DNA of 64,000 nt from Henriciella sp. (GTDB lineage: Bacteria > Pseudomonadota > Alphaproteobacteria > Caulobacterales > Hyphomonadaceae). The notes below the pieces were generated by a model. It saw only the letters and a program-made list of their open reading frames with translations, searched no databases and was not told the DNA's origin. The stretch is taken from contig JAQWGO010000085.1 in NCBI GenBank assembly GCA_029238175.1, forward strand, positions 2,995 through 66,994. The letters run 5' to 3'. Position numbers and translations under genes: made by a program. Positions 28,928-38,091 of this stretch are shown here, piece after piece; the first letter of the stretch is position 1; the number at the start of each line of letters is the position of its first letter.

Positions 28928-29506
28928 GTGACTATACAAATTGCAGGTCGGCACATGGATGTAGGTAACGCGCTTCAAGAGCGTATTACTGACGGACTTG
29001 AAGCCGCAGTTACTAAATATTTCGATCGCAGCTTTGATGGTTCAGTGACCGTCGAAAAACGCGGCCATGAAATCCTGACCGATTGTACGGTCCACTTGCC
29101 ATCTGGCATTGTGCTCCAATCCAGCGGCAACGCGAGCGATGCGTATGCATCTCTCGAAGATTCGCTTGATAAGATGGAAAAACGCGTCCGTCGTTACCAT
29201 CGCAGACTAAAAGATCACCATAAGCGCGCGCCGATGCCGAGCGAGCCCGCAAATGCCTTTATTCTTAAGGGCCCTAGCGAAGAAGAAACCGCTGAAGATA
29301 AGGGCGATGCGCCGCTTATCGTGGCTGAATCTGCGTCCGATGTTAAAACTATGTCGGTTTCGGAGGCAGTTATGCAGTTAGAACTGTCAGATACCCCTGC
29401 CGTTTTATTCAGAAATGTGAAACACAGCGGCCTGAATATGGTGTATCGCCGCGAAGACGGGAACATTGGCTGGGTTGATCCAGCTGGACATTCCTCAACC
29501 GGTTGA
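28928..29506 (+). CDS. hpf: ribosome hibernation promoting factor (long HPF / sigma-54 modulation protein family)
   Basis: GTG start after a GGAGG RBS. The N-terminus is MTIQIAGRHMDVGNALQERI, and it has the C-terminal dimerisation domain of long HPFs. Confidence 0.92.
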   Translation: MTIQIAGRHMDVGNALQERITDGLEAAVTKYFDRSFDGSVTVEKRGHEILTDCTVHLPSGIVLQSSGNASDAYASLEDSLDKMEKRVRRYHRRLKDHHKRAPMPSEPANAFILKGPSEEETAEDKGDAPLIVAESASDVKTMSVSEAVMQLELSDTPAVLFRNVKHSGLNMVYRREDGNIGWVDPAGHSSTG

Positions 29507-29526
29507 ACCGACAGGTTAGATTAACA

Positions 29527-30000
29527 ATGGCAAATGATCTCAGCAGCCTTCTTCAAGAAGGTCTTGTTCTAGCTCCGCAATCTAGTGAGAGCCGCAAACA
29601 GATTTTGTGCTCAATGGCGAACGCTATTGGCGATAAGCTGGGTGTGGATGGACGCAACATCTTTGACGCGGTCATTGAACGCGAAAACCTCGGTTCCACG
29701 GGCGTTGGCGAAGGCGTAGCGATCCCACATGCGCGCGTCGAAGGTCTATCTGCCCCTGTCGGCGTATTTGTACGCTTGAATGAGGGTGTCGATTTCGACT
29801 CAATCGATTCGCGGGATTGCGACCTCATTTTCATGCTATTGGCACCGCACAGTTCCGGCGCCGACCATTTGCGGGCGCTCGCTCAGGTTAGCCGCACATT
29901 CCGTAATGGTGACCTGCGCCAAAAACTGCGCAATGCGACCGGGCAGGATGAGCTTAAAGGCCTACTCTGCCCAAAGACTTTGGAAGCCACAGCTGCCTAA
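29527..30000 (+). CDS. ptsN: PTS IIA-like nitrogen regulatory protein (EIIA-Ntr)
   Basis: Has the phosphorylatable-His motif GVAIPHARVEGL and lies directly after hpf. I prefer the ATG at 29527 over the TTG at 29503. Confidence 0.92.
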   Translation: MANDLSSLLQEGLVLAPQSSESRKQILCSMANAIGDKLGVDGRNIFDAVIERENLGSTGVGEGVAIPHARVEGLSAPVGVFVRLNEGVDFDSIDSRDCDLIFMLLAPHSSGADHLRALAQVSRTFRNGDLRQKLRNATGQDELKGLLCPKTLEATAA

Positions 30001-30066
30001 ACTGATCGTGATTGGTCATCTTGGTTAAACGCGCTATTTCCCTGATTGAATTTTCAGGGAGCAATC

Positions 30067-30429
30067 ATGACCAAAACTATCGCGAGTATCGCCGCACTTA
30101 TGAGCGGCTTTGCCCTCACACCCACCGCCTTTGCCCACGGGACACATATCCCGCTGGCACAGCAAGCGACACCAACGCCGGTCACGACAACTGATCTCGG
30201 TGATGGCCCAATGGCCACACGCGATAATATCAAGGAAACACTCGCCATGCTGGGCGGCGTTATGGAAGCGGTCCAAGTGGAAATCGATCAAGGCAAAGAT
30301 ATCGACGCTGTCTTGGATGCCGCCCCACTCACACCATGGGTCGAAGACTGGGCAACACGCTTTATGACAGAGCCGCGCTTCACACGCCTCGTCTATCTAG
30401 ACCTCACCCGCAAAGCTGAAACAGAGTAA
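30067..30429 (+). CDS. hypothetical secreted protein
   Basis: Trimmed to MTKTIASIAALMSGFALTPTAFA (signal peptide). I recognise no family. Confidence 0.5.
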   Translation: MTKTIASIAALMSGFALTPTAFAHGTHIPLAQQATPTPVTTTDLGDGPMATRDNIKETLAMLGGVMEAVQVEIDQGKDIDAVLDAAPLTPWVEDWATRFMTEPRFTRLVYLDLTRKAETE

Positions 30430-30432
30430 AAC

Positions 30433-31461
30433 CTAGTTCCCACCCGGGCGGTTCGGCTGCAATGTCGGATCGCCCGCCGGGACGATAGCTTCCTCGTCCA
30501 ACGCGCTCCACTCGACCTCATTCATAAACGCGCGGACATCCGCAATCGATTGCGTTGCAACCTCTTCCTGCGGCAAATGTCCAACATTGTCATAGATGAC
30601 CAGCTTTGAATTTTCGATCGTATCGGCAAACTTCTGCGCGCTACTTACCGGGATGAGGTTGTCGTCACGGCCCCACATAATCAGCGTCGGCACCTTGATC
30701 GTCGCCATCGCTTCAGCGGTTGCTGGAGTGCGCTCCGCGGCCATAATCCCCAGAAGCGTTGCTCGATGCCCCGGCGCGCGGGACAGCGACACGTAACGCT
30801 CCACCAGTTCATCAGTGACGAAACTCTGATCGGTGTAGGAATCTTCCAAACCCGACTTCGTCATCGACGTCATGTCCAAGTCTTTCAGAAGCGTACGCGC
30901 AAGCGGGTTGCGCAATAGTTTAAAGATCAGAGGACCATTGTCCTCATCCTCGTCATCTGCCGCCCAGCCGGACGCATCAACAAGGATCAGGCCCTCAACC
31001 GTTTCAGGATATTTGACGGCATATGACCAAGCCGTATTTCCGCCCATGGAGTTTCCAGCAATCGTGAACCGATCTGCGCCGCGCTTCTGCGTCACTTCAT
31101 GAACAACATCCGCGAACAGTTCGATCCCGGCTTTGCCATCCTCGTAAGCACGCGTCAGCCCATGGCCCGGCAGATCGATTGTTATGACCCGGTAATCAGC
31201 ATCAAGACTGTCACGCCAATCATTCCAAGTGTGTAGCGAAGACGAAAATCCGTGGATCAAAACCAGTGTCGATCGATCCGATGGTCCGGTATCTGTAAAA
31301 TGAACCTTTAAGCCGTCATCCAAAGTCATGAACTGCGTCTGCGGCAAGGAATAGGCCGTTTCCAATGTGTCGTAAGGAATATCGGCTCTGCGAAGCGCCA
31401 ACCACCCCGCCGCTAAAACGGCGACAATCGTCAAAACCACTGCAAACGTTCTACGTAACAT
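30433..31461 (-). CDS. alpha/beta-fold hydrolase, membrane-anchored or secreted
   Basis: N-terminal hydrophobic helix, an HGF oxyanion motif, the nucleophile elbow GNSMGG, and a C-terminal GH catalytic histidine. Confidence 0.85.
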   Translation of the reverse strand: MLRRTFAVVLTIVAVLAAGWLALRRADIPYDTLETAYSLPQTQFMTLDDGLKVHFTDTGPSDRSTLVLIHGFSSSLHTWNDWRDSLDADYRVITIDLPGHGLTRAYEDGKAGIELFADVVHEVTQKRGADRFTIAGNSMGGNTAWSYAVKYPETVEGLILVDASGWAADDEDEDNGPLIFKLLRNPLARTLLKDLDMTSMTKSGLEDSYTDQSFVTDELVERYVSLSRAPGHRATLLGIMAAERTPATAEAMATIKVPTLIMWGRDDNLIPVSSAQKFADTIENSKLVIYDNVGHLPQEEVATQSIADVRAFMNEVEWSALDEEAIVPAGDPTLQPNRPGGN

Positions 31462-31525
31462 TGGGAAACTCCACGCTTCGAGACTGTCGTAAAACCTTCA
31501 ATAACCGCCCTTGTCAAAGGAAAGT

Positions 31526-32266
31526 TCAGTCAGAGCACACATGACAGTCAGGGTTCGGACGCAATTTCACCACTCTGGTAACACCGCTCAATCCATCGAT
31601 AATTTGCAGCCGACCAATCAAAGCCTGCCCCGCGCCGGTGATGAGTTTAACCGCCTCTAGGGCCATCTGCGAGCCGACCTGCCCGGTCAGCGCGCCAACA
31701 ACACCAACCTCGTCACACGCCTCTGCTTCGGGCGGTAATTCGGGCACAAAACAGCGGTAGCAAGGGGCTGCTCTATCAACGCCTGAGGCATAGACTGAGA
31801 CCTGCCCGCTCCAACGGCTCGCCGCGCCTGAAACAAGATAGCGCCCCGAACGATGCGCAAGCTGATTAAGCTCAAAGCGCGTTTCAAAATTGTCAGTCGC
31901 ATCAATCAGAATATTGCCCGGCAAAGCCGCCGCCCCATCAAACCGTGCTGTCTTAGCCGATACAGCGACGCTTGGATTAAGGCCCACCAGCCGCTGCGCC
32001 AGCAATTCCGCCTTCGGCTTTCCTATATCACTGTCTGCAAATTGAATTTGTCGCTGCAGGTTCGAGCGATCAACGACATCATCGTCCCAAATCTCGATCT
32101 GCCCAACACCTGCCGCAGCAAGATACAGCGCGCAAGGCCCACCCAACGCACCAGCACCTATGATCGAAACAGAAGCATTTCGCAGCTTTTGAACGCCTGG
32201 ACCACCGATCTCCTTCAATAGAATATGGCGCTTATGCCGGTCGATGTCATCTGGTGTTAGGGCCAT
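31526..32266 (-). CDS. moeB: HesA/MoeB/ThiF-family adenylyltransferase (probable molybdopterin-synthase adenylyltransferase)
   Basis: GAGALGGP nucleotide loop, DDDVVDRSNLQRQ, and Cys pairs CYRC...CD. It is 246 aa with no rhodanese domain. Confidence 0.8.
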   Translation of the reverse strand: MALTPDDIDRHKRHILLKEIGGPGVQKLRNASVSIIGAGALGGPCALYLAAAGVGQIEIWDDDVVDRSNLQRQIQFADSDIGKPKAELLAQRLVGLNPSVAVSAKTARFDGAAALPGNILIDATDNFETRFELNQLAHRSGRYLVSGAASRWSGQVSVYASGVDRAAPCYRCFVPELPPEAEACDEVGVVGALTGQVGSQMALEAVKLITGAGQALIGRLQIIDGLSGVTRVVKLRPNPDCHVCSD

Positions 32267-32269
32267 AAG

Positions 32270-32932
32270 CTACTCTACCCTGAACAATGCCATGCCGTCA
32301 TAACCTTTCGCACCCACCGTCTGCAGCGCTGTCATCTGCACACCCTCAAGATCGCGTGCAAAATCAAACATTGCGCGCACGCCGCGGACACTATTCTCAC
32401 GGCTCCCTTCATCGACGAGAGCGCCGCCCCGCACGACATTGTCTGCAACGATAAGCGTCCCTGGACGCGACAGTTTCAGCGCTTGGTCCAGATAGTTGCG
32501 GTGATTGACTTTGTCGGCATCAATAAAAATAAAATCGAACACAGCCTTGGCTTCGACCTGCTCCAGCAGAACTTCCATTGCCGGCCCAACCCGAAGTTCA
32601 ATTTTTTCAGCATACCTAGATGCCTCAATATTCGCCTGTGCCACTTCTGCCGTCCGCGTGTCGATTTCTGTCGTCAGCACGTTTCCATCCGCAGGCAGCG
32701 CCCGCGCCATCGCGACTGCAGAATATCCACCCAGACATCCAATCTCCAACACACGCCGCGCGCCGCTGACCTTGATCAACATGGATAAGAATTCAGCCTG
32801 CAAAGGCGTCACCGCATGAGGCACAAGTCCTGCGGCTTCACTCGCCTCCGCGACTGCCTGTAAAACAGGGTCATCGCTCAGCAGCGCGGCCTCTAAATAG
32901 GCATCAACTTCAATTGCTGTGCTAGAAATCAT
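32270..32932 (-). CDS. class I SAM-dependent O-methyltransferase (caffeoyl-CoA OMT-like family 3)
   Basis: VLEIGCLGGYSA SAM motif and FDFIFIDADK. Confidence 0.85.
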   Translation of the reverse strand: MISSTAIEVDAYLEAALLSDDPVLQAVAEASEAAGLVPHAVTPLQAEFLSMLIKVSGARRVLEIGCLGGYSAVAMARALPADGNVLTTEIDTRTAEVAQANIEASRYAEKIELRVGPAMEVLLEQVEAKAVFDFIFIDADKVNHRNYLDQALKLSRPGTLIVADNVVRGGALVDEGSRENSVRGVRAMFDFARDLEGVQMTALQTVGAKGYDGMALFRVE

Positions 32933-32949
32933 CTCGTCGCCAGCTCCAA

Positions 32950-33252
32950 CTAGCTTTTAGGCATCTCAAATGCGTTTACCAATATTCCGTTCATCGTGCT
33001 GCCCGCATGACGGTGGCCGACGATTGCTTTGTAGGCGTCCGAATTCAACCATGCCAAGGCAATGTCTTTTGACTCAAACTTCAACAGCACAGACCGGGTT
33101 GCCGTCCACTCACCTTCCAGCGTTAGCGGATCTTCATCAACGCTCAGAATTTCACCGCCAAACGGCTCAAAGGCTTCCATGAACCCCGCATCATACTTGT
33201 CATAGCTTTCACGGTCGGTGATGCTGATCTGTGCAATGATATAAACGCTCAT
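32950..33252 (-). CDS. DUF1330-like protein
   Basis: 100-aa dimeric alpha/beta-barrel-like protein. The pattern MSVYIIAQISITD...Y is typical of DUF1330. Confidence 0.72.
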   Translation of the reverse strand: MSVYIIAQISITDRESYDKYDAGFMEAFEPFGGEILSVDEDPLTLEGEWTATRSVLLKFESKDIALAWLNSDAYKAIVGHRHAGSTMNGILVNAFEMPKS

Positions 33253-33346
33253 GGAATGCCCTCTTGTGATCTTTCTTAAGGCAATAGGGCGCTAAATCTC
33301 AGGCGTCTATTGGCAATCGGGTGCGCATCACACTACTCAATATTTT

Positions 33347-34708
33347 ATGAGTGAAGACCTTCCCGTTCCAAGTGGTGATAATACGCCTGCATCGATCTAT
33401 GCCAAACCCGCAGAATGGGTTGCGGCAGGGGCGGGTGCGCAGGGAAACCTATTTCTAACCGGGCGCGCTGGTACCGGGAAAACGACCCTACTCCGCAAAT
33501 TCATGGCCGAAGCTGGAGAGAACGCAATCGTCCTCGCCCCCACCGGGGTTGCGGCAATGAATGCAGGCGGACAGACCCTCCACAGCTTCTTCAAATTCCC
33601 ACCGCGCCTGATCGAACCAACGGATGTGAAACGCCTGCGCACAGCCCGGTTGATGAAAACGGCAGACACGATCATCATTGATGAAATCTCGATGGTACGC
33701 GCTGACATGCTGGATGCGATAGACCGCAGCCTAAAGCTCAATCGCGCCAATAAACGCCCCTTTGGCGGCGCCCGGATGATCCTCGCTGGTGACCTTCATC
33801 AATTGCCGCCTGTGGTTCGCGGTGAAGAGCATGAGATTTTACAAGACCGCTATGGTGGGCACTATTTCTTCAACGCACCCGCCTTTAAAGAAGCAGAGTT
33901 CGCCCTTCTGGCCCTAAAACACGTCTTCCGCCAAGCCGACCCACGCTTCCTCGCTTTGCTTGGCGCGATGCGGCAGGGTCGAATTACGCCCGCCGATGAA
34001 AGCGTACTACGCAGCGTCGTCAGTAAACGAAACGCAATTGAAGCCAGCGAAACACACGTCGTCCTCACACCAAACAACGCCAATGCCTACCGCATCAATC
34101 AGGCGCGGCTAGACGACCTGCCCGGCAAAACGCGGACATTTGATGCAACCGTCCAAGGCACGTTCGACGAAAAGTCATACCCCACCGAAGCCGATCTTGA
34201 GCTTAAAACTGGCGCGCGGGTCATGCTCATAAGGAACGATCCAGAGGGCCGCTGGGTCAATGGCTCACTCTGCACGGTTGAGGGCTTTTCAGGCCGCAAT
34301 GTCATCGTAGAGCTGGATGGCAAAGCCTACGAAATTGAACCAGCCGCATGGGAAAAATACAAATACGCCGTCGACCCAGAAACTAAAAAAGTCTCCCGCG
34401 AAGTCGTTGGCACGTTCAAACAAGTTCCCCTTCGCCTCGCCTATGCCGTGACAATTCACAAGGCGCAGGGCCTAACCCTCGAAAAAGTCTTCATCGACTT
34501 TGATAGCGGCATGTTCGCCCATGGCCAAGCCTATGTCGCCTTCTCCCGCGCTCGCAGCCTCGAAGGGTTGGAAATCTCTCGCCCCTTAAGACCTCGCGAT
34601 ATGGTGCTAGATCGAAATGCATTTGCATTCGGAAAGCTAGAACCGATCGAAGACAATGACGCCTATCTTTTGGCAAAATTTGCGAAAGCCGCAGACGAGC
34701 TTGTTTAG
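33347..34708 (+). CDS. Pif1/RecD-like SF1B DNA helicase
   Basis: Walker A motif GRAGTGKTTLL and Walker B motif IIIDEISMV. Also GDLHQLPPV, and the C-terminus AYAVTIHKAQGLTLEKV is typical of Pif1-family helicases. Confidence 0.85.
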   Translation: MSEDLPVPSGDNTPASIYAKPAEWVAAGAGAQGNLFLTGRAGTGKTTLLRKFMAEAGENAIVLAPTGVAAMNAGGQTLHSFFKFPPRLIEPTDVKRLRTARLMKTADTIIIDEISMVRADMLDAIDRSLKLNRANKRPFGGARMILAGDLHQLPPVVRGEEHEILQDRYGGHYFFNAPAFKEAEFALLALKHVFRQADPRFLALLGAMRQGRITPADESVLRSVVSKRNAIEASETHVVLTPNNANAYRINQARLDDLPGKTRTFDATVQGTFDEKSYPTEADLELKTGARVMLIRNDPEGRWVNGSLCTVEGFSGRNVIVELDGKAYEIEPAAWEKYKYAVDPETKKVSREVVGTFKQVPLRLAYAVTIHKAQGLTLEKVFIDFDSGMFAHGQAYVAFSRARSLEGLEISRPLRPRDMVLDRNAFAFGKLEPIEDNDAYLLAKFAKAADELV

Positions 34709-34713
34709 CCGCC

Positions 34714-35244
34714 CTACTGTCCCGTCACGACAGGCAACCGACTTGGCATTTGCTCAAGACCTCTGGGCCAATCAACTGTCCCCGCTCGAAGCTGCAGCGT
34801 TTCCATAGCGCCGCCCGGCCCGTAGGTCGCATCAATCCCCTCAATCGCGACTCTCGGCAGTGTATATTCCAGTACCGGTTCGGACTGGCCATTCTCAGGA
34901 AACACAACGATCTCAACGTTGCTCATCAAGCCGCCCCGCGCCAGAATATTCCTTAGTCGATAGCTGTCACCATCAACCGCCCGACTTATTTCGAACCCAG
35001 AAAGGGTGAGCTGCGAAGGCGGCTTCATATAGCCATCACCGGACCGGCTCGGCATCACCCTATTCTGAGTTTGCATAGGCACCATCGTGTAAGTCATCGC
35101 CTCCGCAACAACCCAACCTTCATACCCCTTTTTCACCGACGCGCCTTGAATGCCCTCAATCTTGATGAAGATTTCAGCAGAAGCGCTAATGGGCAACGCC
35201 GCGAGCGCCAATGTACTAAAGATAAGTGCGAAAGCCTGTTTCAT
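34714..35244 (-). CDS. Hcp-like (type VI secretion tube protein fold) protein with Sec signal peptide
   Basis: Trimmed to MKQAFALIFSTLALAALPISASA. The mature N-terminus EIFIKIEGIQGASVKKGYEGWVVAEAMTYTM mirrors the Hcp signature (FIKI-G-KGES ... I-v-s-W). Later segments align by eye with Hcp1. Confidence 0.6.
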   Translation of the reverse strand: MKQAFALIFSTLALAALPISASAEIFIKIEGIQGASVKKGYEGWVVAEAMTYTMVPMQTQNRVMPSRSGDGYMKPPSQLTLSGFEISRAVDGDSYRLRNILARGGLMSNVEIVVFPENGQSEPVLEYTLPRVAIEGIDATYGPGGAMETLQLRAGTVDWPRGLEQMPSRLPVVTGQ

Positions 35245-35318
35245 TGTGTCGTCCCCTGCTGAGATCATGCAGACTTGCACAGTCAGCAGGTGACGACAAA
35301 CACAAAGCGAATGACGGC

Positions 35319-35942
35319 TTAGCCCGGCTTTTGGCAGATCAGGAACACTGCCTTCTTTGGTCCCGGCTGCCATTGGTGAACGATCTTAAAGCCTGCATCG
35401 GTCATATCTTTTTGCAAACCCGCAGGATCAATAGACACAACCGTCGGAACCTGCCCAAAAGCACGCCCAATCGGTAACAGTATCCGAATTAGCGGCGAGT
35501 AAAGCTTCAAACACACGGTGCTCGATACGAATGTTCCGCCCGGCTTTAGGCGATCATAAATCATCTTCAACAAGGCCGCACGGTCTTCAATCAAATGTAC
35601 AATACTCAATGCCAGAATAACATCGTACATCTTCCCGGTGCGGGGATATGTTACCAGATCAGCAACCTCAAACGAGATGTTGTCATGCACACCTGGCTTC
35701 AGCTTTTGGCGTGCAATCTCAATCATAGCGTCGGAAATATCAACACCGTGAATATGCTTCACATATGGCGCGTGCAAGATCGCGGTAGAGCCAGTTCCGC
35801 ACCCGACCTCTAAGACTTCACTCTCAGGCGTAAAATAATCACGCGTAATATCCAACTTAATCTCATAGGATTCTTGGTCAGCAATTGGTGACTTGGAATA
35901 CTTTTCCGCAGCCTTATTCCAGAATTTTCTATTATTCGGCAT
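35319..35942 (-). CDS. class I SAM-dependent methyltransferase
   Basis: The ATG at 35942 follows an AAGGAGG RBS. It has the SAM motif VLEVGCGTGS. Confidence 0.85.
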   Translation of the reverse strand: MPNNRKFWNKAAEKYSKSPIADQESYEIKLDITRDYFTPESEVLEVGCGTGSTAILHAPYVKHIHGVDISDAMIEIARQKLKPGVHDNISFEVADLVTYPRTGKMYDVILALSIVHLIEDRAALLKMIYDRLKPGGTFVSSTVCLKLYSPLIRILLPIGRAFGQVPTVVSIDPAGLQKDMTDAGFKIVHQWQPGPKKAVFLICQKPG

Positions 35943-36020
35943 GACAGCCTCCTTAATTTCCCGATCGTGACGGGGAATGCATGTGTGATCGTATTTCATG
36001 GCGTCGATTTAGTCATACCA

Positions 36021-36035
36021 ATTTCAAATAGAAAT
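36021..36035. promoter_or_regulatory. candidate LysR-type T-N11-A box (ATTTC-AAATA-GAAAT)
   Basis: A perfect 5-bp inverted repeat containing T-N11-A. It lies in the divergent intergenic region between the methyltransferase gene and the LysR gene, about 35 nt upstream of the LysR ATG. Confidence 0.4.
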
Positions 36036-36069
36036 TGCTCATTTATCAAATGGGGTTATACGAAAAACG

Positions 36070-36978
36070 ATGAACTGGCAGGCTATATCATTCGACTGGA
36101 ACCAAGTGCGGGCTTTCCTCGCGACGGCTGAAGAAGGCTCGCTTTCCGCCGCTGCGCGCGCGTTAGGTCAAACCCAACCCACGCTTAGTCGGCAGGTCGC
36201 GGCTCTTGAAGAAGACCTCGGCGTCTTGTTGTTTGAACGTGCTGGCCGCGCCATGGCGCTAACCGGAGCAGGCGTAGAATTGCTCGAACATGTTCGCATC
36301 ATGGCTGACGCGGCGACTAAAATCTCACTCTCTGCCTCGGGCCAATCACAAGCCGTCGAAGGCCGTGTTGTCATTACCGCAACCGATTCAATGGCAACCT
36401 ACCACTTGCCGAAAATTGTGCGAAAAATCCGCGAGACAGCGCCAAATATTCAGATTGAAATTACGACGTCCAATGAAGTGCGCGACCTCACAAGGCGGGA
36501 AGCCGACATCGCAATCCGTCACGGCCGACCAGATCAGCCGGACTTGATTGCGAAGCTCGTCGGCGAGATCACTTGGCACTTATACGCGTCGGAAGAGTAC
36601 CTGAAAGACTGCCCACCAATAGAGACGCTAAGAGATGTTGAAAAACTTGATTTTATCGGTTTTGAATTTAACGAGCGACTGATTGACGAGTTTCGGCCTG
36701 CAGGCCTTAATCTTACACTCAAAAGCTTTGTGGCGAGTTCGTCCACGGGGACCGTGATGCGCGAACTGGTTAGAGCAGGCCTCGGCATTAGCTTCTTCAC
36801 CCGCGATGTAGAAATTTGGGATCCCACAATAAAACCCATCCTGCCAGACCAACTATCATTTCCAATTCCGATTTGGCTTGCCACGCACCGAGAGTTGCAT
36901 TCAAGTCGGCGCATTCGGATTGTGTACGACATTCTCGCCGAAGAACTTGCCAAGATGGCGCGCTCTATCGCGCGTTAA
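36070..36978 (+). CDS. LysR family transcriptional regulator
   Basis: N-terminal wHTH (FLATAEEGSLSAAARALGQTQPTLSRQVAALEEDLG) plus a substrate-binding domain. Confidence 0.92.
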   Translation: MNWQAISFDWNQVRAFLATAEEGSLSAAARALGQTQPTLSRQVAALEEDLGVLLFERAGRAMALTGAGVELLEHVRIMADAATKISLSASGQSQAVEGRVVITATDSMATYHLPKIVRKIRETAPNIQIEITTSNEVRDLTRREADIAIRHGRPDQPDLIAKLVGEITWHLYASEEYLKDCPPIETLRDVEKLDFIGFEFNERLIDEFRPAGLNLTLKSFVASSSTGTVMRELVRAGLGISFFTRDVEIWDPTIKPILPDQLSFPIPIWLATHRELHSSRRIRIVYDILAEELAKMARSIAR

Positions 36979-37031
36979 TGGCGGGTGGGCCGTACCGCCC
37001 ATCCAGCAGCCTCGGAAAAGGACGCAACCAC

Positions 37032-37271
37032 ATGCTCGCACCAATGTTGAAATGGGTTACAATCGCGTTGGTTCTGCTTGCGCTGTTTTCGGCGCTCACC
37101 GCGCTTTACATGTATTACACGCTAAATTTCGGGGCCTGCTCTACTGGCGGCGAAGGGTGCGAGATTAATATAGCGACCCTCTATGCAGCAGGGATCGGCA
37201 TTGTCGGCTTTAGCACAAGCGCCCTTGCGGCTTTCATCACCGCAAAGCGCTTTCGCGACACCGAAGACTAG
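37032..37271 (+). CDS. hypothetical small two-TM membrane protein
   Basis: The ATG at 37032 gives MLAPMLKWVTIALVLLALFSALTALYMYY...AAGIGIVGFSTSALAAFI. The longer track ORF overlaps the LysR gene. I recognise no family. Confidence 0.4.
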   Translation: MLAPMLKWVTIALVLLALFSALTALYMYYTLNFGACSTGGEGCEINIATLYAAGIGIVGFSTSALAAFITAKRFRDTED

Positions 37272-37510
37272 GCCAGCCGCGAAATTTCATCACGCAAGCG
37301 GCTATCTTTATCCGTCGTGATTTTCTCGAGCACTTTGACCCGGTCACGCAAGCGCAGCACTTCTTTTTCCAGGTCTTCCATGCGTAGCCGCGTTTCTTCG
37401 TCGGCTGCGCCGTTACCTTTAGTTTCGATCCAGGTTTTAACAACGCCGGCGCCAACTGCGATCAGCACGATCAAAACGACCATTGTGAAAGGGCTATCTA
37501 TGTCCATCAT
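37268..37510 (-). CDS. small single-TM coiled-coil protein with PspB-like architecture
   Basis: AGGAG RBS. It has an N-terminal TM helix (FTMVVLIVLIAVGAGVV) then RLRMEDLEKEVLRLRDRVKVLEKI. This resembles the PspB C-terminal pattern of this window's pspB (ERMLEDLWRSARSIERRLETIEELI). Confidence 0.5.
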   Translation of the reverse strand: MMDIDSPFTMVVLIVLIAVGAGVVKTWIETKGNGAADEETRLRMEDLEKEVLRLRDRVKVLEKITTDKDSRLRDEISRLA

Positions 37511-37591
37511 GCTGGGAGGCTCCTGATCCTATAATTATCGTTATTCGATATATAGCATGACATGGCGCTAACACAAGACCAAAGGCGAAAC

Positions 37592-38047
37592 TTATCGCCC
37601 TGTTGATCCAAAGCCACCTGTTCCGCGCTCAGTTTCATCAATGTTTTCAACCTCTTGCCACACGATGCGCGTTACAGGCGCAAGCACCATTTGGCCGATC
37701 CGCTCGCCGCGATTGATCGTAAATGGCTCAGCCCCATGATTGATCAGGATGACTTTCAACTCCCCCCGATAATCGCTGTCGATGGTTCCGGGTGAGTTTA
37801 GACACGTCAAACCATGCTTGGCGGCCAGACCAGAGCGCGGGCGCATCTGAATCTCAAACCCGTGCGGGATCGCAACCGACAGCCCGGTCGGAACCATTTC
37901 TCGTTGCCCGGGCTGCAAGATTATTGGCGCGCCCTCTGGAACTGCGGCACGAATATCCATGCCAGCTGCGCCAAGCGTCTCATATGCTGGCAAAACCAGC
38001 CCCTCAAAATGCGGCAAGGGCCGCACAGAAACAGTAATATCAGTCAT
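37592..38047 (-). CDS. dut: dUTP diphosphatase
   Basis: Motifs [25 protein letters not shown] and GGFGSTG. Confidence 0.96.
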   Translation of the reverse strand: MTDITVSVRPLPHFEGLVLPAYETLGAAGMDIRAAVPEGAPIILQPGQREMVPTGLSVAIPHGFEIQMRPRSGLAAKHGLTCLNSPGTIDSDYRGELKVILINHGAEPFTINRGERIGQMVLAPVTRIVWQEVENIDETERGTGGFGSTGR

Positions 38048-38091
38048 AAATTGAAAGCGCCGGAGTCGGCCTGCAGAGTCAAGCCCGAAGA

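Noticed and set aside
31526-33252. The MoeB/ThiF-like E1, O-methyltransferase and DUF1330-like genes as a ubiquitin-like or defence (CBASS Cap2-type) module.
   Set aside because: The E1-like protein has the ordinary short MoeB layout with CxxC pairs. There is no JAB peptidase, cyclase, effector or Ub-like gene nearby. It is most simply explained as housekeeping genes.
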